A stretch of 64,000 bases of DNA from Fimbriimonadales bacterium (lineage in GTDB: Bacteria > Armatimonadota > Fimbriimonadia > Fimbriimonadales > JABRVX01): the NCBI GenBank assembly GCA_045862955.1, contig BTVI01000015.1, forward strand, positions 1 through 64,000. Direction: 5' to 3'. The position numbers were made by a program, and so were the translations under genes. Below are positions 8,598-17,271 of the stretch, piece after piece (within the stretch, counting starts at the first letter, position 1; the number at the start of each line of letters is the position of its first letter). Below the pieces are notes generated by a model that saw only the letters and a program-made list of their open reading frames with translations, did no database searches and was not told the origin of the DNA.

Positions 8598-10471
8598 ACC
8601 TGGGATGGGCGCTACGACGGCTCCGAGCCATGCCCGCCGATGAGATCGTCATGCGTCTGCGCCGTAGGCTGCGCGATCACCTCGTGCCACCGCTCCGCTC
8701 GAAGTTGGCTGCGGAGCAAGCGTTCGATACATACTTCCGATGTCGAGACCCACTCGCGTCCTGCGGCGAACTGCCGACTGGTGTTCTCTCCTTGCTGGAA
8801 GGGCCGCCACCCGCGTTGGATCCGTTGACGCTCGAAGCGGCTCGGCAGTTCCACCTTTTCGGAAAGCACGTCACACTGGACGATCCACCCAACTGGCACA
8901 AAAACTACGCCACGGGAACGGAGTGGCCGATCGGCGAGAAGGTGGACTTCCATCGCACGGACCTTGCCGGTGGTCCGAAGTGGGTGTGGGAGGTCAACCG
9001 ACATAGTATGTTCTCGGCGTTAGCCTACGGCTATCACGCTACAGGCGACCTCGCGTACGCCGAGAAGCTGCTGGCGTGGATGGACGACTGGGTGGATCGG
9101 AATCCGGCAGACAAGGGTATCAACTGGACGAGCGCACTGGAGCTGGCGGTGCGACTCGTAGTATGGACGTGGTGCCTGCGCATAATCGCAGCCAGCCCGG
9201 GCGGCAGGGAGCTTCTCGCACGCTCACCCATGAACAAGATCGTGGGCTGCATGGCACAGCACGCCGACTACATCTGCCACAACTACTCCTACGGCTCCTC
9301 TGGCAACAATCACCTGATCGGTGAGCTCGCTGCTCTCGCGGTTTTCGCGAAGTGCCACCCAGACTGGGAGGGGGCGGACCAGTGGCTCGCCTGGTCCCAC
9401 GCGATGGCGGAGCAGGAGTGCCTGAACCAGTTCTGGCCAGACGGCGTCACCAAAGAGCAGTCGTTCCACTACGTGCCGTTCGTCTGGGAGTTCTACCTTC
9501 ACATGGCACTGGCCGGCATACCACTGTCGCGCGATGTGGTCGCCCGCCTCGACGCATCGGCGCGATTCGTGGATGCCGTCGCTACCTGCTCCGGATTTAT
9601 CCCACAGGTAGGCGACGAAGATGACGGAACCGTGCTGCGCCAGCTGCCCGGTGGATGGACGCGCTTTGGACTGATCGGCGATGCCCTCGCAGATGCGTTG
9701 AAGATACGATCTGTCCGACGGCCCATCTCGGGTCACCCAGAGGATGCAGTATTAGTATTTCCCGAAGGCGGCTACACCGTCTTTCGAACTCACGCCCCGG
9801 AGATCCATGTGTTGTTCGATCACGGTCCGTTAGGATTCGGCAGTCTCGCCGCTCACGGTCATGCGGATGCGCTCTCGCTTGCTATAACGGTGTGCGGCAA
9901 ACCGTTGCTAGTGGACCCGGGAGCATATACGTATCACGACGAGCCCGCGTGGCGAGACTATTTCCGCTCTACACGCGCCCACAACACGGTTTGCATAAAC
10001 CGACGGTCGCAAGCCGAGATGCTGGGTCCGTTCCTGTGGGGCCGTCGCTATGAGGTCCGCGCCACCGCTGACTCGGCACACACTTATCACGTACCAGGCA
10101 GGACCACTCCCTACTACGATGCCACTCACGAGCGCTCGGTACGCTTGGAGGGCAGACGCCTCGTCGTGACCGACCGCATCGCGGGAGATTTCGAAAGCGC
10201 CGAGGCAGCGTGGCACTGCCATCCGAACATAGAGGTGACCCGCACGAAAGATAGGGAACTGGTCTTGGCCCTAGATGGTGAGCCGGTAGCACACATGACC
10301 CTGGATTTCGCACCTGGCAACCTTTCACTGATGCGCGGAGACCCCACTGACGACACGCCGGGGCCAGGGTGGTACTCCCCCGGTTTAGGAAGAAAGACAC
10401 CCACTACTACCATCTTGGTCAGTCTTCCATCGCACGCAGAGCAGTTAGTCACACGCTTCGACTTCGACTAG
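8594..10471 (+). CDS. Heparinase II/III-family (polysaccharide lyase-like) protein
   Basis: KWVWEVNRH, NNHLIGE, EQSFHY, HGHADALS, VDPGAYTY, FRSTRAHNTV motifs; start overlaps the GT stop. Confidence 0.88.
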   Translation: MNLGWALRRLRAMPADEIVMRLRRRLRDHLVPPLRSKLAAEQAFDTYFRCRDPLASCGELPTGVLSLLEGPPPALDPLTLEAARQFHLFGKHVTLDDPPNWHKNYATGTEWPIGEKVDFHRTDLAGGPKWVWEVNRHSMFSALAYGYHATGDLAYAEKLLAWMDDWVDRNPADKGINWTSALELAVRLVVWTWCLRIIAASPGGRELLARSPMNKIVGCMAQHADYICHNYSYGSSGNNHLIGELAALAVFAKCHPDWEGADQWLAWSHAMAEQECLNQFWPDGVTKEQSFHYVPFVWEFYLHMALAGIPLSRDVVARLDASARFVDAVATCSGFIPQVGDEDDGTVLRQLPGGWTRFGLIGDALADALKIRSVRRPISGHPEDAVLVFPEGGYTVFRTHAPEIHVLFDHGPLGFGSLAAHGHADALSLAITVCGKPLLVDPGAYTYHDEPAWRDYFRSTRAHNTVCINRRSQAEMLGPFLWGRRYEVRATADSAHTYHVPGRTTPYYDATHERSVRLEGRRLVVTDRIAGDFESAEAAWHCHPNIEVTRTKDRELVLALDGEPVAHMTLDFAPGNLSLMRGDPTDDTPGPGWYSPGLGRKTPTTTILVSLPSHAEQLVTRFDFD

Positions 10472-11407
10472 CTACGTTCTCTTCCACCAGAGGTGCTGCG
10501 AGGTGCCCCATTCCTTACACGCTGCGCGAATGCGATCCATGTCGGCCGTTGCGAGTGCCCGGAATGTCCGCGCCGCCTTCACGTTCTCTTCCACCTGCTC
10601 CAGGTTGGTCATGCCACACGTGAGGGTTGCGATGGGCAGGGAGAGGGCATAGTGGATCAACTCCCTGGATGAGACCTCTTTCTTGCCGGCATTCTGCCAC
10701 CCTTTCAGGCTCTTCATGCCTGCTACCGAGACACCCTTCTTGTTCGCATAAGGGATGGTCTCGAGTGCAAAGTCGTTCAGGTGGTAGTCGGCTGCCGATA
10801 CTGGTACCAATATGGCATCGAAGGGGTAGCGCTTCAAAGCCTCGAGGATCACTTCGGGTCGCGTATGGCCGGTGATACCGATGTAACGGATCTTTCCCGC
10901 TCGTTTCGCCTCCTCCAGGGCTTCGATCGGCCCACCCCGCGCCAGCACCGTGTCTAGCGTGCGCATGTCGTTGACGGCGTGCAGATGGAGTAAGTCTATT
11001 ACCGGGACCTTCATGCGCTCTAAGGAACCCTGGATGTCCTGGGCCGCAGCCTCCTTGGTGCGTCCGAGCGTCTTCGTGGCCAAAAAGAACTCTTTGCGCC
11101 GATCCGCGACCCGTCCCACGGCCAGCTCGCCTGCTCCACGCTGATAGCTGGGCGCGGTGTCTATGTAGTTCACGCCAAGGTCCAGCGCGCGACGCAGCAT
11201 CTTCTCGCAGAGGTCCAGATCGTCCGGAGGCACCTCGGCCATACCGAACGCCAGGATGGAGGCCTTCCAGCCCATCTTCCCCGCGTCGCGCTTCGCCATT
11301 TCGCGCTCGGCAGTCTGCCCCTCTGCCGGCCAGCCGAGCCGAGCCGCCGCAAAGCTCAGCCCCGCTGCGGCCGCCTTCTGCAAGAACTCCCTTCTCGTCG
11401 TACCCAT
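10472..11407 (-). CDS. Tat-exported aldo/keto reductase
   Basis: TRREFL twin-arginine signal; GVNYIDTAPSY, FLATK, IDLLHLH, GKIRYIGITGH. Confidence 0.88.
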   Translation of the reverse strand: MGTTRREFLQKAAAAGLSFAAARLGWPAEGQTAEREMAKRDAGKMGWKASILAFGMAEVPPDDLDLCEKMLRRALDLGVNYIDTAPSYQRGAGELAVGRVADRRKEFFLATKTLGRTKEAAAQDIQGSLERMKVPVIDLLHLHAVNDMRTLDTVLARGGPIEALEEAKRAGKIRYIGITGHTRPEVILEALKRYPFDAILVPVSAADYHLNDFALETIPYANKKGVSVAGMKSLKGWQNAGKKEVSSRELIHYALSLPIATLTCGMTNLEQVEENVKAARTFRALATADMDRIRAACKEWGTSQHLWWKRT

Positions 11408-11451
11408 CGCAACCCCCGGCCGAGCTTACCCGCTCTGGGAGGCGGGCTCGA

Positions 11452-11481
11452 TTGACTCGCCTTCCGCTTGTCTCGTATACT
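11452..11481 (+). promoter_or_regulatory. Putative sigma70 promoter of the pyr operon
   Basis: TTGACT-N18-TATACT upstream of pyrR. Confidence 0.55.
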
Positions 11482-11550
11482 CGCACCGGTTTGCCCCCGC
11501 GTCCCGACCTCACATCGTTCTGGACGCGTGACGGAGCCAGGGAGCACGCC

Positions 11551-12093
11551 TTGAGTACGGAAAACCTCTTGATGGACGCCGACGACATCCGGCGAACGAT
11601 AGTCCGCATCGCTCACGAGGTGCTGGAGCGTAACCGAGGCTCTCAGGACTTGGTGGTGATCGGCATCCTCCGCCGAGGAGCCCCGGTCGCCAAGCGCTTG
11701 GCGTTCGAGCTGGCCCGCATCGAGGGCGGGGCCGTGCCCGTCGGTACCGTGGACCCGAGGCCGTACCGCGACGACGTGGAGAAGGGCGAGACTCCGCCAG
11801 ACAACTCGGACATTCCCTTCAGCATCACCGACAAGAGGGTGATTCTGGTGGACGAGGTGATGCACACGGGCCGCACGGTTCGGGCAGCGATGGACACTCT
11901 GGTCAAGCAGGGAAGGCCCGCCTGCATCCAACTCGTGGCGCTGATAGACCGGGCGCACCGTGAACTCCCCATCAGTCCCGACTACATCGGCCGGGCTGTC
12001 GCAACCGAGCCGGATGATTTCGTCCGAGTCGAGCTTACGGAGCTCGACGGTCAGGACCGTGTGATTGTGGAGAAACGGGAGCAGCGACGATGA
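11551..12093 (+). CDS. pyrR: Pyrimidine regulatory protein / uracil phosphoribosyltransferase PyrR
   Basis: IRRTIVRIAHEVLERN, YRDD, VILVDEVMHTGRTVRAA, LIDRAHRELPISPDYIG. Start is TTG 11551 (after GGAG) or ATG 11572. Confidence 0.92.
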   Translation: MSTENLLMDADDIRRTIVRIAHEVLERNRGSQDLVVIGILRRGAPVAKRLAFELARIEGGAVPVGTVDPRPYRDDVEKGETPPDNSDIPFSITDKRVILVDEVMHTGRTVRAAMDTLVKQGRPACIQLVALIDRAHRELPISPDYIGRAVATEPDDFVRVELTELDGQDRVIVEKREQRR

Positions 12094-13001
12094 GCCTGTT
12101 GGACATCCGCAGTCTTGGACGGAGTGAGATCGAGACCTACATTCGCGAAGCCATCAAGTATCGCAACGCCTGCACCTCCGGCGAGCCCGTGCCACAGATC
12201 TCCGGCACCGTATGCCTGCTCTTCTTCGAGACCAGTACGCGCACTCGAGCCTCGTTCGAAAGCGCGGCTCGGAAGCTGGGGTTGAGTGGATCCTTCGTTG
12301 CTCCCGCGACCAGCTCCATCCAGAAGGGTGAGTCCATCCGAGACACGGTGGTGACACTCGACTATGCCGGGGTGGACTGCCTGGTGATTCGCCACCCCAG
12401 CCCCGGTGCCCCCCACCAGGCCGCAGAGGTTTTCGAGGGCGGTGTCGTGAACGCTGGGGACGGTTGTCACGAACATCCGACGCAGGCACTCGCCGACCTG
12501 CTCACCATCATTAGCCGCAAAGGGACTGTCGAAGGGCTCACCGTGGCTATCGTGGGGGATATCGTTCACAGCCGCGTGGCCCGCTCCAATGCCTGGTGCC
12601 TAACGAAGATGGGCGCGAAGGTGCGGTTCGTCGGTCCCCTGACGCTGCTGCCTAAGGACTGCAGCATGCTGCCGGTGGAGACCTGTGACAATCTCGCCGC
12701 CGGCCTGGCCGACGCAGACGTGGTGATGGCCCTCCGCCTCCAACGCGAGCGAATGAACGGGTACGACCTGGGGAGCCTGGCGGAATACACCCAGCACTTT
12801 CAGATCAACCGCGAGTCACTAAAGCTGGCCAAGGACGACGTACTGGTCATGCATCCTGGGCCTATCAACCGCGGAGTCGAGCTAGACGACTTTGCTGCCG
12901 ACAGCACCTTCTCGGCAATCCACAACCAGGTGGAAAACGGCATCTATGTGCGCATGGCGGTGTTAGCGAACGAGTTCGATAAGCTGCGAGGAGATGCATG
13001 A
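12090..13001 (+). CDS. pyrB: Aspartate carbamoyltransferase catalytic subunit
   Basis: FFETSTRTRASFE, NAGDGCHEHPTQAL, HSRVARSN, RLQRER, MHPGPINRGVE. Confidence 0.96.
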   Translation: MSLLDIRSLGRSEIETYIREAIKYRNACTSGEPVPQISGTVCLLFFETSTRTRASFESAARKLGLSGSFVAPATSSIQKGESIRDTVVTLDYAGVDCLVIRHPSPGAPHQAAEVFEGGVVNAGDGCHEHPTQALADLLTIISRKGTVEGLTVAIVGDIVHSRVARSNAWCLTKMGAKVRFVGPLTLLPKDCSMLPVETCDNLAAGLADADVVMALRLQRERMNGYDLGSLAEYTQHFQINRESLKLAKDDVLVMHPGPINRGVELDDFAADSTFSAIHNQVENGIYVRMAVLANEFDKLRGDA

Positions 13002-14314
13002 AGACGCTGCTCAAGGGTGGTAGGCTGCTCGATCCTTCCCAGGACCTCGACGTCATCGGCGACCTGCTGATCGCGAATGACCAGATTGTCGAGATGAATG
13101 GGTCGGAGAGATTGGAGCCGGGTGATACCGTCATTGACTGCACGGGTCTGTGGGTGTGTCCCGGACTAATTGATCTGCACGTGCACCTTCGCGAGCCAGG
13201 ATTCGAGTACAAGGAGACGATAAGCACCGGCACCCAGGCCGCGGCAGCGGGTGGTTTCACTACCATCTGTTGCATGCCGAACACGGATCCGCCGCTAGAC
13301 CGTCGAGCCATCATCGAGTACGTAGTGACACGAGCCGCTTCCTCGGAGAGTGGTGGCATCTTCGTTGCTCCTATCGGTGCGGTGGCGCGAGGCATGGGAA
13401 GTGACCACTTGGCCGAGATCGCCTCCATGAAGGAAGCAGGTATCGTCGCGGTGAGCGATGATGCGTCTCCGATCCAAGATGCTGAGATGATGCATCAAGC
13501 GATGCAGTACTGCAAGATGCTCGACCTCCCAATCGCCACGCACTGCGAGGAACTAAGCCTAACACGTGGCGGCTCCATGAACGAGGGCGCGATGAGCGCT
13601 GTGTTAGGTCTAAAGGGCATGCCGCGCACCGCCGAAGACATTCAGGTCGCGCGGAACTGTGTGCTGAGTATTTCCACGGGCTGCCGGTTACATGTGTGTC
13701 ATGTCAGTACATGGGGTTCCGTCGAGACCATCCGCAAGGCGAAGTCGCTGGGCGCGCCGGTGACTGCCGAGGTAACTCCCCACCACCTCATCCTCACCGA
13801 TGAGGCGGTAGATGGTTTCGACACCAATTGCAAGATGAACCCGCCGCTGCGTACCCAAAAGGACGTGGAAGCGCTCCGAGAAGCGTTGGCCGACGGCACC
13901 ATAGACTGCATCGCCACCGATCACGCTCCCCACTCGCTGCACGAAAAGCAGCTGCCTTTTTCGGACGCACCCTTCGGTATCGTTGGGCTGGAAAGCGCGG
14001 TCGGACTCATACTAACACACTTGACGCACACCGGAGTGCTGACACCCCTTCAGACGATTCGCGCGATGAGCACGGGACCCGCCGAAGCCTTTGCCCTGGG
14101 TGGTGGAACACTAATCCCCGGGGAACTCCCGGCCGCGCAGATCACCGTAATCGATCCAAACCTAGAGTGGACGTTCGACGTGCGCAAGACGTTCTCCAAG
14201 AGCCGCAACTCTCCCTTCCATGGCTGGCAACTTCGCGGTAAGGCCGTGATGACCATCTGGGGCGACGAGGTGTACCGAGACGGCGTCATGGATGCGCGCG
14301 TCTCGACGCAGTGA
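12998..14314 (+). CDS. pyrC: Dihydroorotase (type I)
   Basis: DLHVHLREPG, CMPNTDP, KMNPPLR, IATDHAPH. Confidence 0.95.
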   Translation: MKTLLKGGRLLDPSQDLDVIGDLLIANDQIVEMNGSERLEPGDTVIDCTGLWVCPGLIDLHVHLREPGFEYKETISTGTQAAAAGGFTTICCMPNTDPPLDRRAIIEYVVTRAASSESGGIFVAPIGAVARGMGSDHLAEIASMKEAGIVAVSDDASPIQDAEMMHQAMQYCKMLDLPIATHCEELSLTRGGSMNEGAMSAVLGLKGMPRTAEDIQVARNCVLSISTGCRLHVCHVSTWGSVETIRKAKSLGAPVTAEVTPHHLILTDEAVDGFDTNCKMNPPLRTQKDVEALREALADGTIDCIATDHAPHSLHEKQLPFSDAPFGIVGLESAVGLILTHLTHTGVLTPLQTIRAMSTGPAEAFALGGGTLIPGELPAAQITVIDPNLEWTFDVRKTFSKSRNSPFHGWQLRGKAVMTIWGDEVYRDGVMDARVSTQ

Positions 14315-14317
14315 GTT

Positions 14318-15421
14318 GTGCAGAGCCTGCTAGTCCTCGAAAGCGGAGACCGCTTCACCGGCCAGTCCCTAGGTGCGCACGGGCGCACCACGGGGGAGAT
14401 CGTGTTCGTAACCGCTATGACGGGCTATCAGGAAGTCCTGACCGACCCCAGTTATGCCGGGCAGATCGTCGTTTTCACGTATCCGCTGATAGGTAACTAC
14501 GGTATCAACGCAGACGACTTCGAGAGTGCAGGCGTGCGCCCGAGAGGCATCGTCGTTCTCCAGGCCTGCCACGAACCTTCCAACTGGCGAAGCAGGCAGA
14601 CACTGCCCGAGTTCCTGGCCCAACACGGTCTCGTGTGCATCGAGGGTGTGGACACCCGTGCGGTCACCCGTCTGATTCGCGATCAGGGAGCGATGAAAGC
14701 GACGATTACCACCGACGAAACCGGGGACGAAGCCTTGGCTCGCTTGCGTTCGGAGCCAGATTACGGGGCACAGACATTCATCGAAGAGGTCTCTACTGGA
14801 GAGCCATACTGCTGGGGGCGCTATGGCAAAGAACCCTTTAGCGCCTACGCAGAGGGTTATCGCTATCAGGTGGTAGTGCTCGACTGCGGCATCAAGTACA
14901 ACATCCTGCGCCGGCTTGCCGCAGCCGGCTGCCGCTCGCTGGTCCTACCTGCATCCACCTCGGCCCAAGAGATTCTGGCCCTACCAGCAGACGGTGTGGT
15001 GCTGTCCCCCGGCCCCGGCGATCCCGAGCTACTAACATCCATCGTCGGTACGGTGAAGGACCTGCTCGGCCGAAAGCCGATCCTCGGCATCTGCCTTGGT
15101 CACCAGTTGCTGGCTTTGGCGCTCGGTGGAAGCACCGCAAAGCTCAAGTTCGGCCATCACGGAAGCAACCATCCAGTGCGCCGGTTGGCCGATGGCACGG
15201 TGCGCATCACGAGCCAAAACCACGGATACGCGGTGCTTGCAGACAGCCTCGCGGGAAGCGGTGCCGAACTAACCCAGATACACGTCACGGACGAGTCGGT
15301 AGAGGGCTTCTGCCATCGTGACCTGAGACTTACCGCCATCCAGTATCACCCCGAGGCGGCTCCCGGCCCGTGGGATAGCCGGCACTACATCTCCGACTTC
15401 CTGGCCAGTCTCGATAGGTGA
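14318..15421 (+). CDS. carA: Carbamoyl-phosphate synthase small subunit
   Basis: GYQEVLTDPSYAGQIV, SPGPGDP, GICLGHQ, TSQNHGY, QYHPEAAPGP. Confidence 0.96.
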   Translation: MQSLLVLESGDRFTGQSLGAHGRTTGEIVFVTAMTGYQEVLTDPSYAGQIVVFTYPLIGNYGINADDFESAGVRPRGIVVLQACHEPSNWRSRQTLPEFLAQHGLVCIEGVDTRAVTRLIRDQGAMKATITTDETGDEALARLRSEPDYGAQTFIEEVSTGEPYCWGRYGKEPFSAYAEGYRYQVVVLDCGIKYNILRRLAAAGCRSLVLPASTSAQEILALPADGVVLSPGPGDPELLTSIVGTVKDLLGRKPILGICLGHQLLALALGGSTAKLKFGHHGSNHPVRRLADGTVRITSQNHGYAVLADSLAGSGAELTQIHVTDESVEGFCHRDLRLTAIQYHPEAAPGPWDSRHYISDFLASLDR

Positions 15422-15434
15422 TCTCACGCACCGG

Positions 15435-17231
15435 CTACCGTTGCGCGCCCACTCCGCGTCGTGTGCGCAGGTAGTCTCGCAGCCCCACCCATGGCCTCGG
15501 GTCCAGCTCCTGCCGAATGCCGGGACAGATTCCGCAGCGCGAGCACACGCTAACATCGCACGGTGGGTCCTGTTGCCCTCGTAGCGCGCGCTGCCATTCC
15601 TTCCACAGGTATGACTTGGGGAACCCTAGGTCTATAATGTCCCACGGAAACACCTCGTTGAGCTCTCGTGGTCGCTCTGCATAGAACGCAGGGTCCACTC
15701 CCGAGCGCCGGAAGGCCTCTCTCGTCGACCCCTCCGCCCGATACAGCTCGTATACCAACGATGACACTCGCCTATCACCCCGCGCTAACGTGGCTTCCAA
15801 CACCGCCATCCTCGGGCTCTCTCCTAACACGCGCACGTCCGGGTACTTGCGGAGGCGCGAGCGCACGTGCTGCACCTTCTGCTCGAGTACCTTCAGCGGG
15901 TCCTGGCCCGTCCACATGAAAGGTGCTCCGGGCTTGGGTACATGGCAACTGACGGAAAGCGAGATACGGTCCGGCCGGAATTCCGATCGTATCATCTCCG
16001 CTGTCTCGCATATTCCTTCCACATCCTCCATCGTTTCGGTCGGAAGCCCCACCATGTAATACAGCTTCACGCGACGGACGCCGTAACGCAACGCCGTCGC
16101 CACCGCGTCACGAATCTGATCCGCAGTCAGTCGCTTGTTGATGAACTCCCGGAGACGCTCCGATCCAGCCTCCGGCGCGATAGTGATAGACTGTTGTCCA
16201 CCCAGAGCCATGTTCTGGACCAGCCTCGGAGTGATCGTATCAGCTCGCAAGGAGCTGACATTGTATGGGATGGAGCGTGACACCAAGTCGGAGGTTACCT
16301 CCTCCGCGTCCGGGTGATCATACACGCTAGCACCAACGAGACCTACTCGTTCACCTACCACCGTGTTAGCATAGGTCTTCTGCACGGTGTCGCCGCTCTT
16401 GAACCGCGGAGGAAGAAAGGCATAGCCTACCACGCAGAATCGGCAATGCCTCCCGCACCCACGCATGATCTCTGTTAGCCGCATGTTGGCGAATTCGGTG
16501 TTGGGGGTGGTGATCACGCTCGACGTGTCGAGGCGTTCGAGGTCGTTCACCCACACACGTCGGACCGGTAGGGGCACACCGGCTCGCTTCGCTTCGAAGC
16601 CGGCCACCGTCCCGTCCGAATGATAGTGCACGTCATAGAAGGACGGCACATAGACGCCGGGGATGCCCGCCAGCGCCTCGAGTGTGGCCTGCCGATCCGT
16701 ACCCGCTTCTGCAACCGCGTCGGCTATCCGAACCAGGCTTTCCTCCGCCTCCCCAATCAGCATGGCGTCCACGAACTCGGCAATCGGCTCGGGGTTCAGC
16801 ACGGTTACGGGCCCACCCAGCAAAACGAGTGGGTGTCGTTCGTCCCTATCGGCAGCCCTCAGCGGCAGCCCCGCCAAGTCCAAAATATGCAGGATGTTCG
16901 GGTAATCGGGCTCGTAGCTGACCGAAAAGCCGAGAATGTCGAACTCGCGAACCGCCCGCTGTGTCTCTACAGTGAGAAGCGGCGTCGCCGTACGGCGGTA
17001 CTCCTCGCAGTCCTCGGGGTCCGGGAGAAACACCCGCTCGCACGCTACGCCTGGCATCTCATTGAAAAGCCGGTACACCACCTGAAACCCCAGGTTGGAC
17101 ATTCCCAGGTAGTAGGTGTTAGGGAAGGCGAGCGCTACACGCAGCCGCGCGCCGTGAGGACGCAGAATCGTGCCGCGCTCGTCTCGGAGCAATCTCTGCA
17201 GTTTCTCGATCAGTTTACGGGACATGGACAT
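15435..17231 (-). CDS. Radical SAM protein (B12-binding / TIGR03960-like family)
   Basis: FPNTYYLGMSNLG, EIMRGCGRHCRFC (CxxxCxxC), TIAPEAGSERLR, YYMVGLPTE, C-terminal CxxxxCxxCGIC. Confidence 0.85.
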   Translation of the reverse strand: MSMSRKLIEKLQRLLRDERGTILRPHGARLRVALAFPNTYYLGMSNLGFQVVYRLFNEMPGVACERVFLPDPEDCEEYRRTATPLLTVETQRAVREFDILGFSVSYEPDYPNILHILDLAGLPLRAADRDERHPLVLLGGPVTVLNPEPIAEFVDAMLIGEAEESLVRIADAVAEAGTDRQATLEALAGIPGVYVPSFYDVHYHSDGTVAGFEAKRAGVPLPVRRVWVNDLERLDTSSVITTPNTEFANMRLTEIMRGCGRHCRFCVVGYAFLPPRFKSGDTVQKTYANTVVGERVGLVGASVYDHPDAEEVTSDLVSRSIPYNVSSLRADTITPRLVQNMALGGQQSITIAPEAGSERLREFINKRLTADQIRDAVATALRYGVRRVKLYYMVGLPTETMEDVEGICETAEMIRSEFRPDRISLSVSCHVPKPGAPFMWTGQDPLKVLEQKVQHVRSRLRKYPDVRVLGESPRMAVLEATLARGDRRVSSLVYELYRAEGSTREAFRRSGVDPAFYAERPRELNEVFPWDIIDLGFPKSYLWKEWQRALRGQQDPPCDVSVCSRCGICPGIRQELDPRPWVGLRDYLRTRRGVGAQR

Positions 17232-17271
17232 TCCTAGCTTGACTAAGCATCCAGTATTGTATCATGTAGAC

